From an uncultured bacterium (GTDB lineage Bacteria > Babelota > Babeliae > Babelales > Vermiphilaceae): 64,000 nt of DNA. The notes under the pieces are model-generated. The model saw only the letters and a program-made list of their open reading frames with translations, had not been told where the DNA came from and did no database searches. The translations under genes and the position numbers were made by a program. The stretch lies in the NCBI GenBank assembly GCA_963713925.1, contig OY970212.1, positions 928,001 to 992,000 of the forward strand. The letters are read 5' to 3'. Within the stretch, counting starts at the first letter, position 1. Each line of letters starts with the position of its first letter. Positions 1 to 9,679 of this stretch are shown here, piece by piece.

Positions 1-110
1 TAATTATGACTCGCCGTATGTCAAGGTCAATTTTTTGAAAGCCTATTGCTAAAAATCCTTATTTTGGCACAATAAAAAAGAAACTTTTCTTTCTTACAAG
101 GTATAAATCA

Positions 111-710
111 ATGGCAAAAATAGATATGTCGCTCATTCAGCGGCTTCGTGATATCACCGGTCTTGGTATGATGGATTGCAAAAAGGCATTGGAAGAGACT
201 GATGGCGATCTTGAAAAGGCAATAGAAATTTTGCGTAAAAAAGGCGCCGCGGTTGCAGCAAAACGCGCTGACAAAACAACCTCCGAGGGTCGCGTTCATG
301 CCTATATTCACCCGGGCAACAGAATCGGTGTTTTGCTTGAGCTTAATTGCGAAACCGATTTTGTGGCAAATACTGATAATATGAAGGCGTTTGCGCAAGA
401 CGTGTGCATGCATATCACCGCCATGAAGCCATTGTATTTGAGCCCTGAAGAAGTTGATGCAAAATTCTTGGCGCATGAAAAAGAAATCTTCTTGGAACAA
501 ATGCGCTCAACTGGAAAACCTGAAAAAGTAATAGCACAGATCGTTGAAGGCAAAATCAATAAGCTTTATACAGAAGTATGTCTTCTGAAACAACCATTTG
601 TGAAAAATGATCAAAAGACGATTGAAGAACTTTTGAATGATTTGATAGCAAAGACCGGGGAACGTGTCCAAATCAAACGTTTTGCTCGTTTTGAAATCGG
701 TATTTACTAA
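111..710 (+). CDS. tsf: Elongation factor Ts (short form)
   Basis: LRDITGLGMMDCKKAL, ELNCETDFVA and C-terminal RFARFEIG motifs. Confidence 0.98.
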   Translation: MAKIDMSLIQRLRDITGLGMMDCKKALEETDGDLEKAIEILRKKGAAVAAKRADKTTSEGRVHAYIHPGNRIGVLLELNCETDFVANTDNMKAFAQDVCMHITAMKPLYLSPEEVDAKFLAHEKEIFLEQMRSTGKPEKVIAQIVEGKINKLYTEVCLLKQPFVKNDQKTIEELLNDLIAKTGERVQIKRFARFEIGIY

Positions 711-762
711 ACCCGACGTACTTTTGGGCCTAAAGTTTTTTTAAATTAGTAAGGGAATGCAT

Positions 763-1353
763 ATGGCGCAACCAATAACCATTATCGAAAATGATATAAA
801 ATCGTTTCAGACTCCTATGGATGCTGAAATGGCAAAAGCGATTAAGCATTTTGAAGGCGAATTAGTAAAAATTCGTACAGGCAGAGCACACACCTCAATG
901 GTTGAAGATATTATGGTGACTGCTTATGGGCAAAACCCTATGCCGCTTAAATCTTATGCGGCTATTGCAGCACCGGATGCTGGCTTACTCACTATTCAAC
1001 CATGGGATGCGACTTTAGTTGCTGACATTGAAAAAGCAATTAAACTTTCCGATATTGGGCTTAATCCGGTCAATGATGGTGCTGTTATCAAGCTTGTATT
1101 GCCTAAAATGAGCAGTGACCGACGAGAAAGCTTGATTAAAATCTTGGGCACAAAGCTTGAAGAGTGCAAAATCAGCATTCGAAATGTGCGCAAAGACTTT
1201 AATAATCTTTTGCGTGACGCTAAAAAAGATAAGAAAATTTCAGAGAATTTTGCGAGTCGTTTAGAAGATGTGTTGCAGAAATCAACTGATAATTTCACGG
1301 AAAAAGCAAATCAGCTTGCCGATAAAAAAGACAAAGAATTAAAATCTGTTTAG
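763..1353 (+). CDS. frr: Ribosome recycling factor
   Basis: KIRTGRA, LTIQPWD, GLNPVNDG, SIRNVRKD motifs; directly follows tsf; start could also be 757. Confidence 0.97.
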   Translation: MAQPITIIENDIKSFQTPMDAEMAKAIKHFEGELVKIRTGRAHTSMVEDIMVTAYGQNPMPLKSYAAIAAPDAGLLTIQPWDATLVADIEKAIKLSDIGLNPVNDGAVIKLVLPKMSSDRRESLIKILGTKLEECKISIRNVRKDFNNLLRDAKKDKKISENFASRLEDVLQKSTDNFTEKANQLADKKDKELKSV

Positions 1354-1388
1354 ACTATCGTTTTTTTGCTTTATTTTCTTTTCTCTTT

Positions 1389-1397
1389 TGTTACAAT
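1389..1397 (+). promoter_or_regulatory. Putative extended -10 promoter for the tRNA pair
   Basis: TG-T-TACAAT about 13 nt upstream of tRNA-Lys. Confidence 0.4.
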
Positions 1398-1410
1398 ATT
1401 GAAATAATTT

Positions 1411-1483
1411 GGGCTGCTAGCTCAATTGGCAGAGCAACAGACTCTTAATCTGTGGGTTCTTGGTTCGATTCCAAGGCAGCCCA
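1411..1483 (+). tRNA. tRNA-Lys (anticodon CUU), 3' CCA not encoded
   Basis: Acceptor GGGCTGC/GCAGCCC, anticodon arm ACAGA-CTCTTAA-TCTGT, T-loop GGTTCGATTCC. Confidence 0.96.
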
Positions 1484-1505
1484 ATTGGTTTGAAATAATC
1501 TTATT

Positions 1506-1592
1506 GCAAGAGTGGCGGAATTGGTAGACGCGCTGGACTTAGGATCCAGTTCCCGAAAGGGAGTGGGGGTTCGATTCCTCTCTCTTGCACCA
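1506..1592 (+). tRNA. tRNA-Leu (anticodon UAG), long variable arm, ends in CCA
   Basis: Acceptor GCAAGAG/CTCTTGC, arm CTGGA-CTTAGGA-TCCAG, variable arm TCCCGAAAGGGA. Confidence 0.96.
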
Positions 1593-1628
1593 GGCTTCGC
1601 CCGTAAAGGGCTACGCCTGGCATGGCCA
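1590..1628. repeat. Family E palindromic repeat abutting the tRNA-Leu 3' end
   Basis: CCAGGCTTCGCCCGTAAAGGGCTACGCCTGG resembles CCAGCCTTCGCCCTTTTGGGCTATGGCTTGG at 38381. Confidence 0.7.
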
Positions 1629-1693
1629 GACTTTTTACCCAAGACATTTTATTATGCTTTGGATCCAAGAATTCGCCCGATATAGAAGTAACT

Positions 1694-2587
1694 ATGAGAT
1701 ACATAATTCTCACCTCAGCCCTTTTAGTGGCATGCCTTCAGTCGACTATTCATGCCGCTGATGCTATAACCTCAGCTCCATATCCCTATTGGCATTCACT
1801 CCCCAACGAAATTCAAGACACAATTCTCGATATTATCGATTTAGAAGAAGAAAAAGTTTCTGGAAAAAAACTGACTCCGGCCGATTATACGTGGTTGTAT
1901 CAAAACTATGCGACCGTACGAATGGTCCACATGACACAACGTACCTACCGACAAACGGGTAAGCGAGAACATGATGAACTAAAAAAGCGTATCACTTTAC
2001 TCGACCATAACCTTTTGATGTCATTGGTTGATGTCGACCCGAAAACGATACTGAAATCGCTACGAAAAGAAAAAAGTCCTCAGCTGGAAGATACCAAACA
2101 AAATAACCGACTATGTGCTCTCGAACATCTCAACGATATTGTCATGTCACTCGAAAAACCTTTATCCCACAAGATATTCAAGAGATTTCTTACCAGCTCT
2201 CCTGAATTACTTTTGTCAAAAAAGCCTAGAGCTCTCATTCCGAATCTGCGTTTTATCCGCGATTATTATTCGCCATTCATGCTAAGCTTAATCAAAAATG
2301 GTGAATACGACCTCTTATCGTTTCTGATTTCTCACAACTATCCTTTAATCACCGGAAACATGGCCAACCCTGATCTAGTAATTCTGCTGGAAGACAAAGC
2401 ATATGATTTAATCCAAAAACACAAGCTCAAGCTCAAACTTAAGTCTGTATCAGAACCTAAAGATAAAGACGCGCTAAAAATTATGTCAATAGTAATGAAT
2501 GCATATAGGTATGAAATTTGCAAAGTAGAAGATTACTCTTGGACCCATTTGCATTCTCCAGCAAATTCATGTTGTACCATCATTTGA
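1694..2587 (+). CDS. Secreted hypothetical protein with F-box-like motif and C-terminal CaaX (putative effector)
   Basis: Signal peptide MRYIIL...IHAAD; WHSLPNEIQDTILDII; ends NSCCTII; start moved from 1622 to the signal-peptide Met. Confidence 0.75.
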   Translation: MRYIILTSALLVACLQSTIHAADAITSAPYPYWHSLPNEIQDTILDIIDLEEEKVSGKKLTPADYTWLYQNYATVRMVHMTQRTYRQTGKREHDELKKRITLLDHNLLMSLVDVDPKTILKSLRKEKSPQLEDTKQNNRLCALEHLNDIVMSLEKPLSHKIFKRFLTSSPELLLSKKPRALIPNLRFIRDYYSPFMLSLIKNGEYDLLSFLISHNYPLITGNMANPDLVILLEDKAYDLIQKHKLKLKLKSVSEPKDKDALKIMSIVMNAYRYEICKVEDYSWTHLHSPANSCCTII

Positions 2588-2592
2588 AGACA

Positions 2593-2626
2593 AAGAGGCG
2601 AGGACATAATCCTCACCTCTTGTTTT
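2593..2626. terminator. Intrinsic terminator between convergent genes
   Basis: AAGAGGCGAGGA / TCCTCACCTCTT stem followed by GTTTT. Confidence 0.65.
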
Positions 2627-2647
2627 AGTAAAATCAGCAAACTGTTT

Positions 2648-4063
2648 TTACAATAATTCCCCAGCCAAGCGACTCAACTCAGAACGCTCACTCGTTTCAA
2701 GATAAACCGTTCCGAAAATATTTTGTCCTTTGAACCGCTCGCTGGTGACCACGAGGCCGTTTGAGCTGAAATCAAGGTATGGCGAGTCAATTTGATATGG
2801 GTCACCTGCCAAGATAATCTTACTTCCCTCGCCTACACGGCTCACCAGCGTTTTAACTTCATGCGGCGTGAGGTTTTGCACTTCATCAATTAAGATATAT
2901 TGATATGGAATAGAGCGTCCACGCATGTAGGTGATTGCCTCAAGGCTCATTTTGTCGTGCTTGACAAGTTCATGTAACGGCCCGAGACCGGTTGAATCAA
3001 CCCGTTGCTCAATTTGAGCAAAGCGACGTTTTCCTTTTTTATCTTTAGAACCATTTTGGTGATCAGGCAGATATTCTTGTTTGATATCGTGCTGATGTCT
3101 GGCCGCTTGGCCTGCATGCACAATAAAATCAATGTTGTCATAAATTGGCAACATCCAACTTTGTAATTTTTCTTCAATGGTCCCCGGCAAATAGCCAATA
3201 TCTCTGCCAAGCGGCACCACCGGGCGAGAGATGAGAATTTTGCGATACACGTCTTCAACAAGCACCTTGTGCAATCCCGCAAGAAGCGCCAAGAATGTTT
3301 TTCCGGTTCCAGCCGGACCAAAAAGTGTGAGGCACTGAATTGAATCATCGAGCAATAAATTGAGCGCCATGAGCTGCTGTGGATTGCGAGCTTGCAACGG
3401 CCACTTGAACACCGGGTCAGCAATGGGTATAAATTTTGAATGCCCTAAATAGCGGAACACTTTATAATGATGCGGATTATGATTGCTTTCAACTAAAACA
3501 AACTCATTAGCCGTCAATTCATATTCTTTTGCAAGATGATAAAGATCATCCGGCACCTCTTTTTTCAATTGCACTGCCGGCACTTGAAGAGTAATCCACC
3601 CACGATAAAAATTATCCCGAGATACTCGCTCTTTCATATAATCAACGGCTTCAATGCCAAGCGCATCGGCCTTGACGCGAGCATTCAAATCTTTCGAGAC
3701 AAAGCGAACATCGAACCCTTTGTTTTTAAAACTCAAGGCAGTCAAAATAATCTCGTTGTCCTGCAGATTCATTCGAAATGGAATGAGCAGCGGCTGATCC
3801 GGATCCAGAAATAACACTTGCACTATTGCACCATTATCAAGCTTAATTCCATCTCCCAAAGAGCCTTTTTGGCGCAGCGCATCAAGTTGGCGAATGACTT
3901 CGCGCGTGTTTCTTCCTCGATCCGTTGTTTCTTTTTTAAACTCATCCAACTCCTCTAAAACAATTGCGGGGATCCCAACGAGAGCCCCTTCAAATGCATA
4001 GAGTGCGTGTGGATCATGTACCAAGACATTGGTGTCGAGCACAAATAATTTTTTCTTTATCAT
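2648..4063 (-). CDS. PhoH family protein with N-terminal PIN domain (PhoH2/YlaK type)
   Basis: FVLDTNVLVHDP PIN motif, GPAGTGKT Walker A, MRGRS, IDEVQN, GDPYQID. Confidence 0.95.
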   Translation of the reverse strand: MIKKKLFVLDTNVLVHDPHALYAFEGALVGIPAIVLEELDEFKKETTDRGRNTREVIRQLDALRQKGSLGDGIKLDNGAIVQVLFLDPDQPLLIPFRMNLQDNEIILTALSFKNKGFDVRFVSKDLNARVKADALGIEAVDYMKERVSRDNFYRGWITLQVPAVQLKKEVPDDLYHLAKEYELTANEFVLVESNHNPHHYKVFRYLGHSKFIPIADPVFKWPLQARNPQQLMALNLLLDDSIQCLTLFGPAGTGKTFLALLAGLHKVLVEDVYRKILISRPVVPLGRDIGYLPGTIEEKLQSWMLPIYDNIDFIVHAGQAARHQHDIKQEYLPDHQNGSKDKKGKRRFAQIEQRVDSTGLGPLHELVKHDKMSLEAITYMRGRSIPYQYILIDEVQNLTPHEVKTLVSRVGEGSKIILAGDPYQIDSPYLDFSSNGLVVTSERFKGQNIFGTVYLETSERSELSRLAGELL

Positions 4064-4283
4064 GACAACCCTTTTTTATGTCCAAATGAAGCCAATGTTG
4101 CAATACCCCATGCCTTATTGCTCAGGCTTCATGTATATCCAACCTCGACATATCGCGATTGGAAGCCGCTCGTCGAAGGCATAACATACTACTCAGAGAC
4201 ATCCTAACAAACAGACTCCGCTCAAGCAATGAAACATAAGAATTTGGGAAATAATAACCACCAGGAACTTAAAAACAACTTTT

Positions 4284-5252
4284 TTATTTCAAAAATCGCT
4301 CCATGACCGTAATATCAATTGCCGACGGCTTGCGAACAAATGAAGCACACGATTCATGGGCAAGCGCGGTGCACAATGTATCCCGATATGGACCCTGCGA
4401 ACTTTTTGCATGATATTTTTTATCAAATCCTATCGTTTGCAATGTCGCAACAACATTTTCTATATGTGTCCCTCCCGCGACTGCGATGACTACTTCATGA
4501 TCAGCTTCTTTTTTTATAGTCTCATGCACCATCACACAGTCTAATAATCCGCTATCAAAAGTGAGCAGTTGCCTCAATAATGCATATTTATTCTGTCGAT
4601 ATCGATTTTGCATGATGCTCACATAATTGGCAACGCTCATATCATGCTTTTTGTCTAGCTTCAAAGTTCGTGCAGCACCGTTTGTTTTATTAATGTTTTC
4701 TTGATACCAATCATGCGCCTTCCAATCGTCATACGTTGAGATCAGATCACACAACTGTGACATCTCTTGGTGTATATCCGCGATCCGTATGGAACACGCG
4801 GGCTGAAATTGATATGGACTCGTATATTTACTCGTGAGTAGTCCCCCACAGGAAATCACTCTATGATATCGATACTCAAGATTCAAAACCGGAATATTAA
4901 TACGCGCTATATCTTGGGCCAGGTGCGCAAGCATCCCTTGTTTTGAATTAAGCACATAGGAAGCACACCCAAAATTGCCTATCGAGCTGGCTGAACTCAA
5001 ATCTTCCACTAAAAATTGTACTTTACGCCCTTGTAGCTCTTGGGCAACTTTCAAGACATAATCTCGTTGAATTGCATTATGAGGATGCTGCTTATCATGG
5101 TAATCGCTCAGCCCGATGAATGTTTTTTTCGGTCCGGAATAGCTATCTTTGAGTTCTAAAACAGTTAAATCATAAATATATGGATGGAGCGCATTAGTTA
5201 TCACTAATGCAGTCCCCAATGAACAGATTTTGATTAAAAGTGCATGCTTCAT
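4284..5252 (-). CDS. Hypothetical exported protein
   Basis: 322-aa ORF, hydrophobic N-terminus; motifs GLSDYH and VAGGTH suggest a metal-binding enzyme, family not recognised. Confidence 0.75.
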   Translation of the reverse strand: MKHALLIKICSLGTALVITNALHPYIYDLTVLELKDSYSGPKKTFIGLSDYHDKQHPHNAIQRDYVLKVAQELQGRKVQFLVEDLSSASSIGNFGCASYVLNSKQGMLAHLAQDIARINIPVLNLEYRYHRVISCGGLLTSKYTSPYQFQPACSIRIADIHQEMSQLCDLISTYDDWKAHDWYQENINKTNGAARTLKLDKKHDMSVANYVSIMQNRYRQNKYALLRQLLTFDSGLLDCVMVHETIKKEADHEVVIAVAGGTHIENVVATLQTIGFDKKYHAKSSQGPYRDTLCTALAHESCASFVRKPSAIDITVMERFLK

Positions 5253-5376
5253 ATCTCAACCTTGTATAATATATTCATTTCAAATTATAAAAAATTTACA
5301 AATGAAAAATAAATACAATCGTGAAAAAGCCACAAAAAGCGAGTTGCTTTCGATACAAATTCAAAAAAAGGCTGGG

Positions 5377-5449
5377 TCCAGGTTAAGTAGATCCTGAAAT
5401 AAATTCAGGATGACGCAATAAGGAACTTCCGGGATTTTTGTATAGGCTC
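5377..5449. mobile_element. Truncated copy (right half) of the MITE at 19296-19439
   Basis: 38-nt TCCAGGTTAAGTAGATCCTGAAATAAATTCAGGATGAC identical to 19364-19401, then a diverged right terminal repeat ending GGCTC. Confidence 0.8.
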
Positions 5450-5472
5450 CACTCAACGCTAATTGTAATTTA

Positions 5473-5964
5473 GGCGGCAACTTTTGTGTAAAAAATGGGG
5501 GGGGGCAATTTCGTTGTGTTTATTAATCGGGGGTCCCCAATCGCAACTTGTGAAGATTGGGGTAAAACCGGGGGTGAATAGAATTTGCCTGTCCGCGGAA
5601 GCTTCGCCGCACACGGCCGTAGTTCTACGAACGAAGGCGGCAATTTTTGGTGTAAAAAATGGGGCCCCCGAGCGTAATGAAATTTGCCTGTCCGCCGAAG
5701 CTTGGCCCCAAATGCAAATTTGGGTAAAATCTTGCCGAGTCGAAATCGGGTCCCAAGTGAAGCAAAGCGTAACTTGGGTGAAATGACCCGGATAAGCGAA
5801 GGAGGAGGGTATAAAAAAACCCCCATCCAGACAGAACGTCATGGACAGGGGAAATGGAGGTTATCTGAGTTATGTTTGAATCGCTGATTATTACCCCAAT
5901 TTTTGCTTCCGCTTCAATCGGGGACCCCGTGAATACTACTTCGCTGCTTTGCAGCTACGAAGTA
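5473..5964. repeat. Intergenic mosaic of family A and family E palindromic repeats
   Basis: A copies at 5528-5563, 5704-5725, 5747-5779, 5893-5929; E copies at 5587-5640, 5686-5703, 5934-5964; direct repeat GGCGGCAA..GTGTAAAAAATGGGG at 5473 and 5636. Confidence 0.8.
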
Positions 5965-6057
5965 CTAGACAGATCTTGGGTTATTTCAACTGATTCAAGT
6001 AAAAAGGTACACGAAGATTTTTTAAAAAGCAACAGTTTCATTCCACTGTTTCCAACT

Positions 6058-7695
6058 TCATTGAGCACTATGCGCATCAAGTTCATACAACCGTTTTTTA
6101 TCAATCTTTCCTGTTGCAGTAGCCGGCAAAGGCTCGGTTGTGATAATAAATGAACGGGGCATTTTATAATGAGCAAGAGACTCAGAACACAACTTCTGCA
6201 ACTCAGCCAAAAGCCCTTTATGTTCGGATCTTACTTGCACATAAGCAACTGGAAGTTGATCACCCATACTACGCTGACGCTCCGCATGGGACCCGATTTG
6301 GCCTCCTTCTGCCGGTTTGCCAATAACTCCAACGCGCACGACCAATGGATGACTCATGATTACATTTTCGATCTCTTGTGGATAAATTTTGAAGCCTTTA
6401 TTGGCAATTACATCTTTCGCTCGTCCGGCGATAACAATGCGTTTTTGTTCATCAAAATAGGCCAAATCTCCGGTCGCAAACCACCCATCATGCATGACAT
6501 CTTCTGTCGCTTCAATTGCATTGTAATACCCGAGCATAACTGAATCACCTTTGACAAACAGTTCTCCAATAACACCCGAATTAGTCACCATATTTCCTGC
6601 TTCATTTTTCAAGACAACTTCAAGCCCGGCTACTGCTGTGCCAACAGTGTTTGTTTTAACGGGGATATCTTCAAGATCAACGCTAATAAGCGGCGATGTT
6701 TCAGTTAATCCATATCCGCTGCATATTTTTCTGCCAAATAATAATGCAAATCCAAGCCTGATTTTATCCGGCAATGCGTCTCCACCCGAGACAATATATT
6801 TCACTGAATCGAAATTAAAATTACGTAACAATGCCATCAAACCATAAAGAGCTGGAACACCAACCATAATAGTGGGTTTCAATTTCATATTTTCAAACAA
6901 ATAACGTCGCTCAATTTTGGGCACGACAATCACTGCCGATCCGGTCAAAAAAGCTCCCCATACGCATGCAAATTGAGCGAACGCGTGAAAGAGTGGCAAC
7001 ACACCAAAAATGCGCTCACCCTCTTGCAGCCCAAAACTCAACCGCGCAATCCCTTGCGCAATATTCGTCACAATATTTCGTGCACTGAGCATAACTCCTT
7101 TTGGCATGCCGGTCGTTCCGGAAGTATAGAGCAACACCGCTAACTCATCCGGTTGCGAATCAACCGGATTGTAATCAAGTTCATGAAAATCTGTTTGAGA
7201 ATTCTCCATTTCTTCTTTTGACACAACATGAAAAGAAGAACAATCGATTTCAGACAATTTCGGTTTCTGCTCTTGAGAAACACATACAACTCTCGGAGCA
7301 GCGTCGGCGATAATATGTTGTAACTCCCGTTCTTGTAAAAAAATATTAAGCGGTGCAACAATTGCCCCCACATGTGCAGCGGCGCAATAGGCAATATAAA
7401 ACTCGGGAGAATTTTCCCACAATACCAATACGCGATCACCCTTTTTAACCCCTTTTGCACGCAAGAGGCTGCTGAATTTTACCGACGCAATAAAGAGGTC
7501 TTTATAGGTCATCACTGACGAGCGATATAAAAGTGCTATTCTATCGGCAAAAAATAAGGAAGCTCGATGTAAGAATCGAGAAAGCGATAGGGGATGTCCA
7601 TCAAAATGGAGCCATTGTTGCGCAAGCTCAAATCGCTTCTGTTCACTGGTTACTTTTTTAATATCTTGCAACGTTATAGATGTAGTATAGCTCAT
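6058..7695 (-). CDS. Long-chain fatty acid--CoA ligase (AMP-binding enzyme)
   Basis: YTSGTTGMPKG, GYGLTE, TGDLA, TGKIDKK; in-frame repeat insertion at 6262-6294. Confidence 0.93.
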   Translation of the reverse strand: MSYTTSITLQDIKKVTSEQKRFELAQQWLHFDGHPLSLSRFLHRASLFFADRIALLYRSSVMTYKDLFIASVKFSSLLRAKGVKKGDRVLVLWENSPEFYIAYCAAAHVGAIVAPLNIFLQERELQHIIADAAPRVVCVSQEQKPKLSEIDCSSFHVVSKEEMENSQTDFHELDYNPVDSQPDELAVLLYTSGTTGMPKGVMLSARNIVTNIAQGIARLSFGLQEGERIFGVLPLFHAFAQFACVWGAFLTGSAVIVVPKIERRYLFENMKLKPTIMVGVPALYGLMALLRNFNFDSVKYIVSGGDALPDKIRLGFALLFGRKICSGYGLTETSPLISVDLEDIPVKTNTVGTAVAGLEVVLKNEAGNMVTNSGVIGELFVKGDSVMLGYYNAIEATEDVMHDGWFATGDLAYFDEQKRIVIAGRAKDVIANKGFKIYPQEIENVIMSHPLVVRVGVIGKPAEGGQIGSHAERQRSMGDQLPVAYVQVRSEHKGLLAELQKLCSESLAHYKMPRSFIITTEPLPATATGKIDKKRLYELDAHSAQ

Positions 7696-7764
7696 ACCGA
7701 TTTACTCACTCTAGATCGATCATTTAAACATAGTTTAGAATGATCGACTTTTTTTATAGCCATT

Positions 7765-7950
7765 CTATTCTTCAAACTTAATAACATTCACCGGACACGA
7801 TCGCACCGCCTGCTCAATCGCCTCAACATGCTGCTCAATGGGCGCATTTTTTTTGATGTGCGAAATGTCAGTGACTTCAAAAATCTCAGGCGCGATAAAT
7901 TCACACAATCCGCAGGTGGTGCACCCCGGTTCAATAGATAGTTTTTTCAT
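7765..7950 (-). CDS. Small single-cluster ferredoxin
   Basis: CTTCGLC...CPVNVI. Confidence 0.9.
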   Translation of the reverse strand: MKKLSIEPGCTTCGLCEFIAPEIFEVTDISHIKKNAPIEQHVEAIEQAVRSCPVNVIKFEE

Positions 7951-8036
7951 ATGGAGACTCAAATAATAAAATATCCTAAAAGAATATCGTAAAACAATTT
8001 GATCTTGCTGTCATTTTTTACCAATTTTTTATCTCA

Positions 8037-9656
8037 TTATCTGAGCGAACGCAAATGTTTTAAAATGATCGGAATCATTTTTTGGGCTACTGTCGAATTG
8101 TCTTGTTTCTGCAATTCTTCAAGCTTGTCTACGCAGTCTTTCAATTTATGCTTGTGGATTACAGACGAATGGAGTGTTATTGCATTGACCACACACATCA
8201 TTTGTAACACTGAAAGAGGCAATTGCTTTAGAAATTGTTGCTGATCATCGGCAAACCCCACTTTATATTTCATAATTTTACCATGATCATTATCGGCATA
8301 TATGGAACAGTCCCGGCAATATTGAGCAAAACGACTGGCAGGGCATTGATATATCGCTTGCTTTTTTTCTTTGATTTTTTGTAATAAACCTCCTTGAACA
8401 AACAAACGCACAAGTGAAAAAAAAGCTCCATTGTCGCCAAAACAAACCTGATCCCATGAACCGTAAAACTCGCGCGCCTCCCCTAAGCCCAACTCTACTA
8501 AATACGAGCGCGGATCGCCTCCCTTGTTTTCTAATGTTATATATCCGAGTTGTTTTCCGTCCGGCGATATAGCCAATGAGCGAACTTCTTGAATCCCAAT
8601 GCCTACCGGTGCTCGATTGATAAGATTTAGCGTTTTGCAATCCCAGGTATAGACCTCGTTTTGATGGACGCCCACTGCAGTTCCCATTGAACTAAATTGC
8701 ACATCACAATCTGCATCGTGAGGTAAAACTCCTCGGCATTGATGTGATTTTCTCTCAATAATCTGCGTCGAAATAACCTTTCGAACGGCAATAAGCTCAT
8801 TATCAGGAGAAATAGAAAAACCTTTTATATTCCCATCCCCCGAAGCCTCAATTTCTTCCCTTTGGGCAGTATCAGTTAGGTTTGTTATCCGAAAACGTTT
8901 ATCTTGAGCCCAATTGTTTTTTGATATGGTCGCTAATAGCAATGATTCATCCGGAGAAAATAAGTGTACTTGGCCAGATCTGCCCCACACGTCGCAGATA
9001 CGTCTTCCCGAAAAAGATTCTGCCACCCATAGTTCTTGTGCCATAGAAAATCTACCTACTTCATCAGATGGGCTCCGGCTATAATCTTTCCCTACAAGCG
9101 CATATTTTCCTCGCGGCGACATTTTTATAAGGTTAACAAGTTCCGGAATCGGCAATGGGGTGCCGGTCAGCAAATCACTTAAAAAAGGAGCTGAACCGCG
9201 AAGATCGGTGAGTATTTCATCTTTTAATACATTTTCAGAATCAGGTGTTAAATCCAAAGGTGTGCAATCTCCTGATATTATTCTTGTTATCATTGCATTC
9301 TGCACGGAATCAGCAAGTTTCTTGCTTTCAAAAAAATCAAGCAGTGTTGAAACAGAACCGAGCTGTTGCAAATTAAGAATATTCATAAATGACGGATCTT
9401 TTATCATTGTTTTAATGTGTCTCATATCCAGGGCAGTGCCCACGGAGATGTTTATATCTGTAACGCCATCCGCGATTGCAATCTGATTATCCAAAAAAGG
9501 GCTTGCAAGCGTCTGCGCCATTTCAGCAGAGACCTTCTCACTCTTGCCATCCGGAAATTGTAACTTCCATGTATTGGTTTCCGGTTTATCCGCAGCATGC
9601 ATGCCAAATGCAAAAGCACTGAATACGACAATTCTTTTTATAACAATTTTTTTCAT
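8037..9656 (-). CDS. Secreted beta-propeller (WD40-like) protein
   Basis: Signal peptide ending MHAAD; repeated FSPD/ISPD blade motifs. Confidence 0.8.
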   Translation of the reverse strand: MKKIVIKRIVVFSAFAFGMHAADKPETNTWKLQFPDGKSEKVSAEMAQTLASPFLDNQIAIADGVTDINISVGTALDMRHIKTMIKDPSFMNILNLQQLGSVSTLLDFFESKKLADSVQNAMITRIISGDCTPLDLTPDSENVLKDEILTDLRGSAPFLSDLLTGTPLPIPELVNLIKMSPRGKYALVGKDYSRSPSDEVGRFSMAQELWVAESFSGRRICDVWGRSGQVHLFSPDESLLLATISKNNWAQDKRFRITNLTDTAQREEIEASGDGNIKGFSISPDNELIAVRKVISTQIIERKSHQCRGVLPHDADCDVQFSSMGTAVGVHQNEVYTWDCKTLNLINRAPVGIGIQEVRSLAISPDGKQLGYITLENKGGDPRSYLVELGLGEAREFYGSWDQVCFGDNGAFFSLVRLFVQGGLLQKIKEKKQAIYQCPASRFAQYCRDCSIYADNDHGKIMKYKVGFADDQQQFLKQLPLSVLQMMCVVNAITLHSSVIHKHKLKDCVDKLEELQKQDNSTVAQKMIPIILKHLRSLR

Positions 9657-9679
9657 CTCAACTTCCTCATTTCAAGATT

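Noticed and set aside
1411..1592. tRNAs as integration sites
   Set aside because: I saw no duplicate of either tRNA 3' end elsewhere in the window.
5459..5887. Four overlapping ORFs of 67-127 aa
   Set aside because: They lie wholly in the GC-rich repeat mosaic and have no recognisable protein features.
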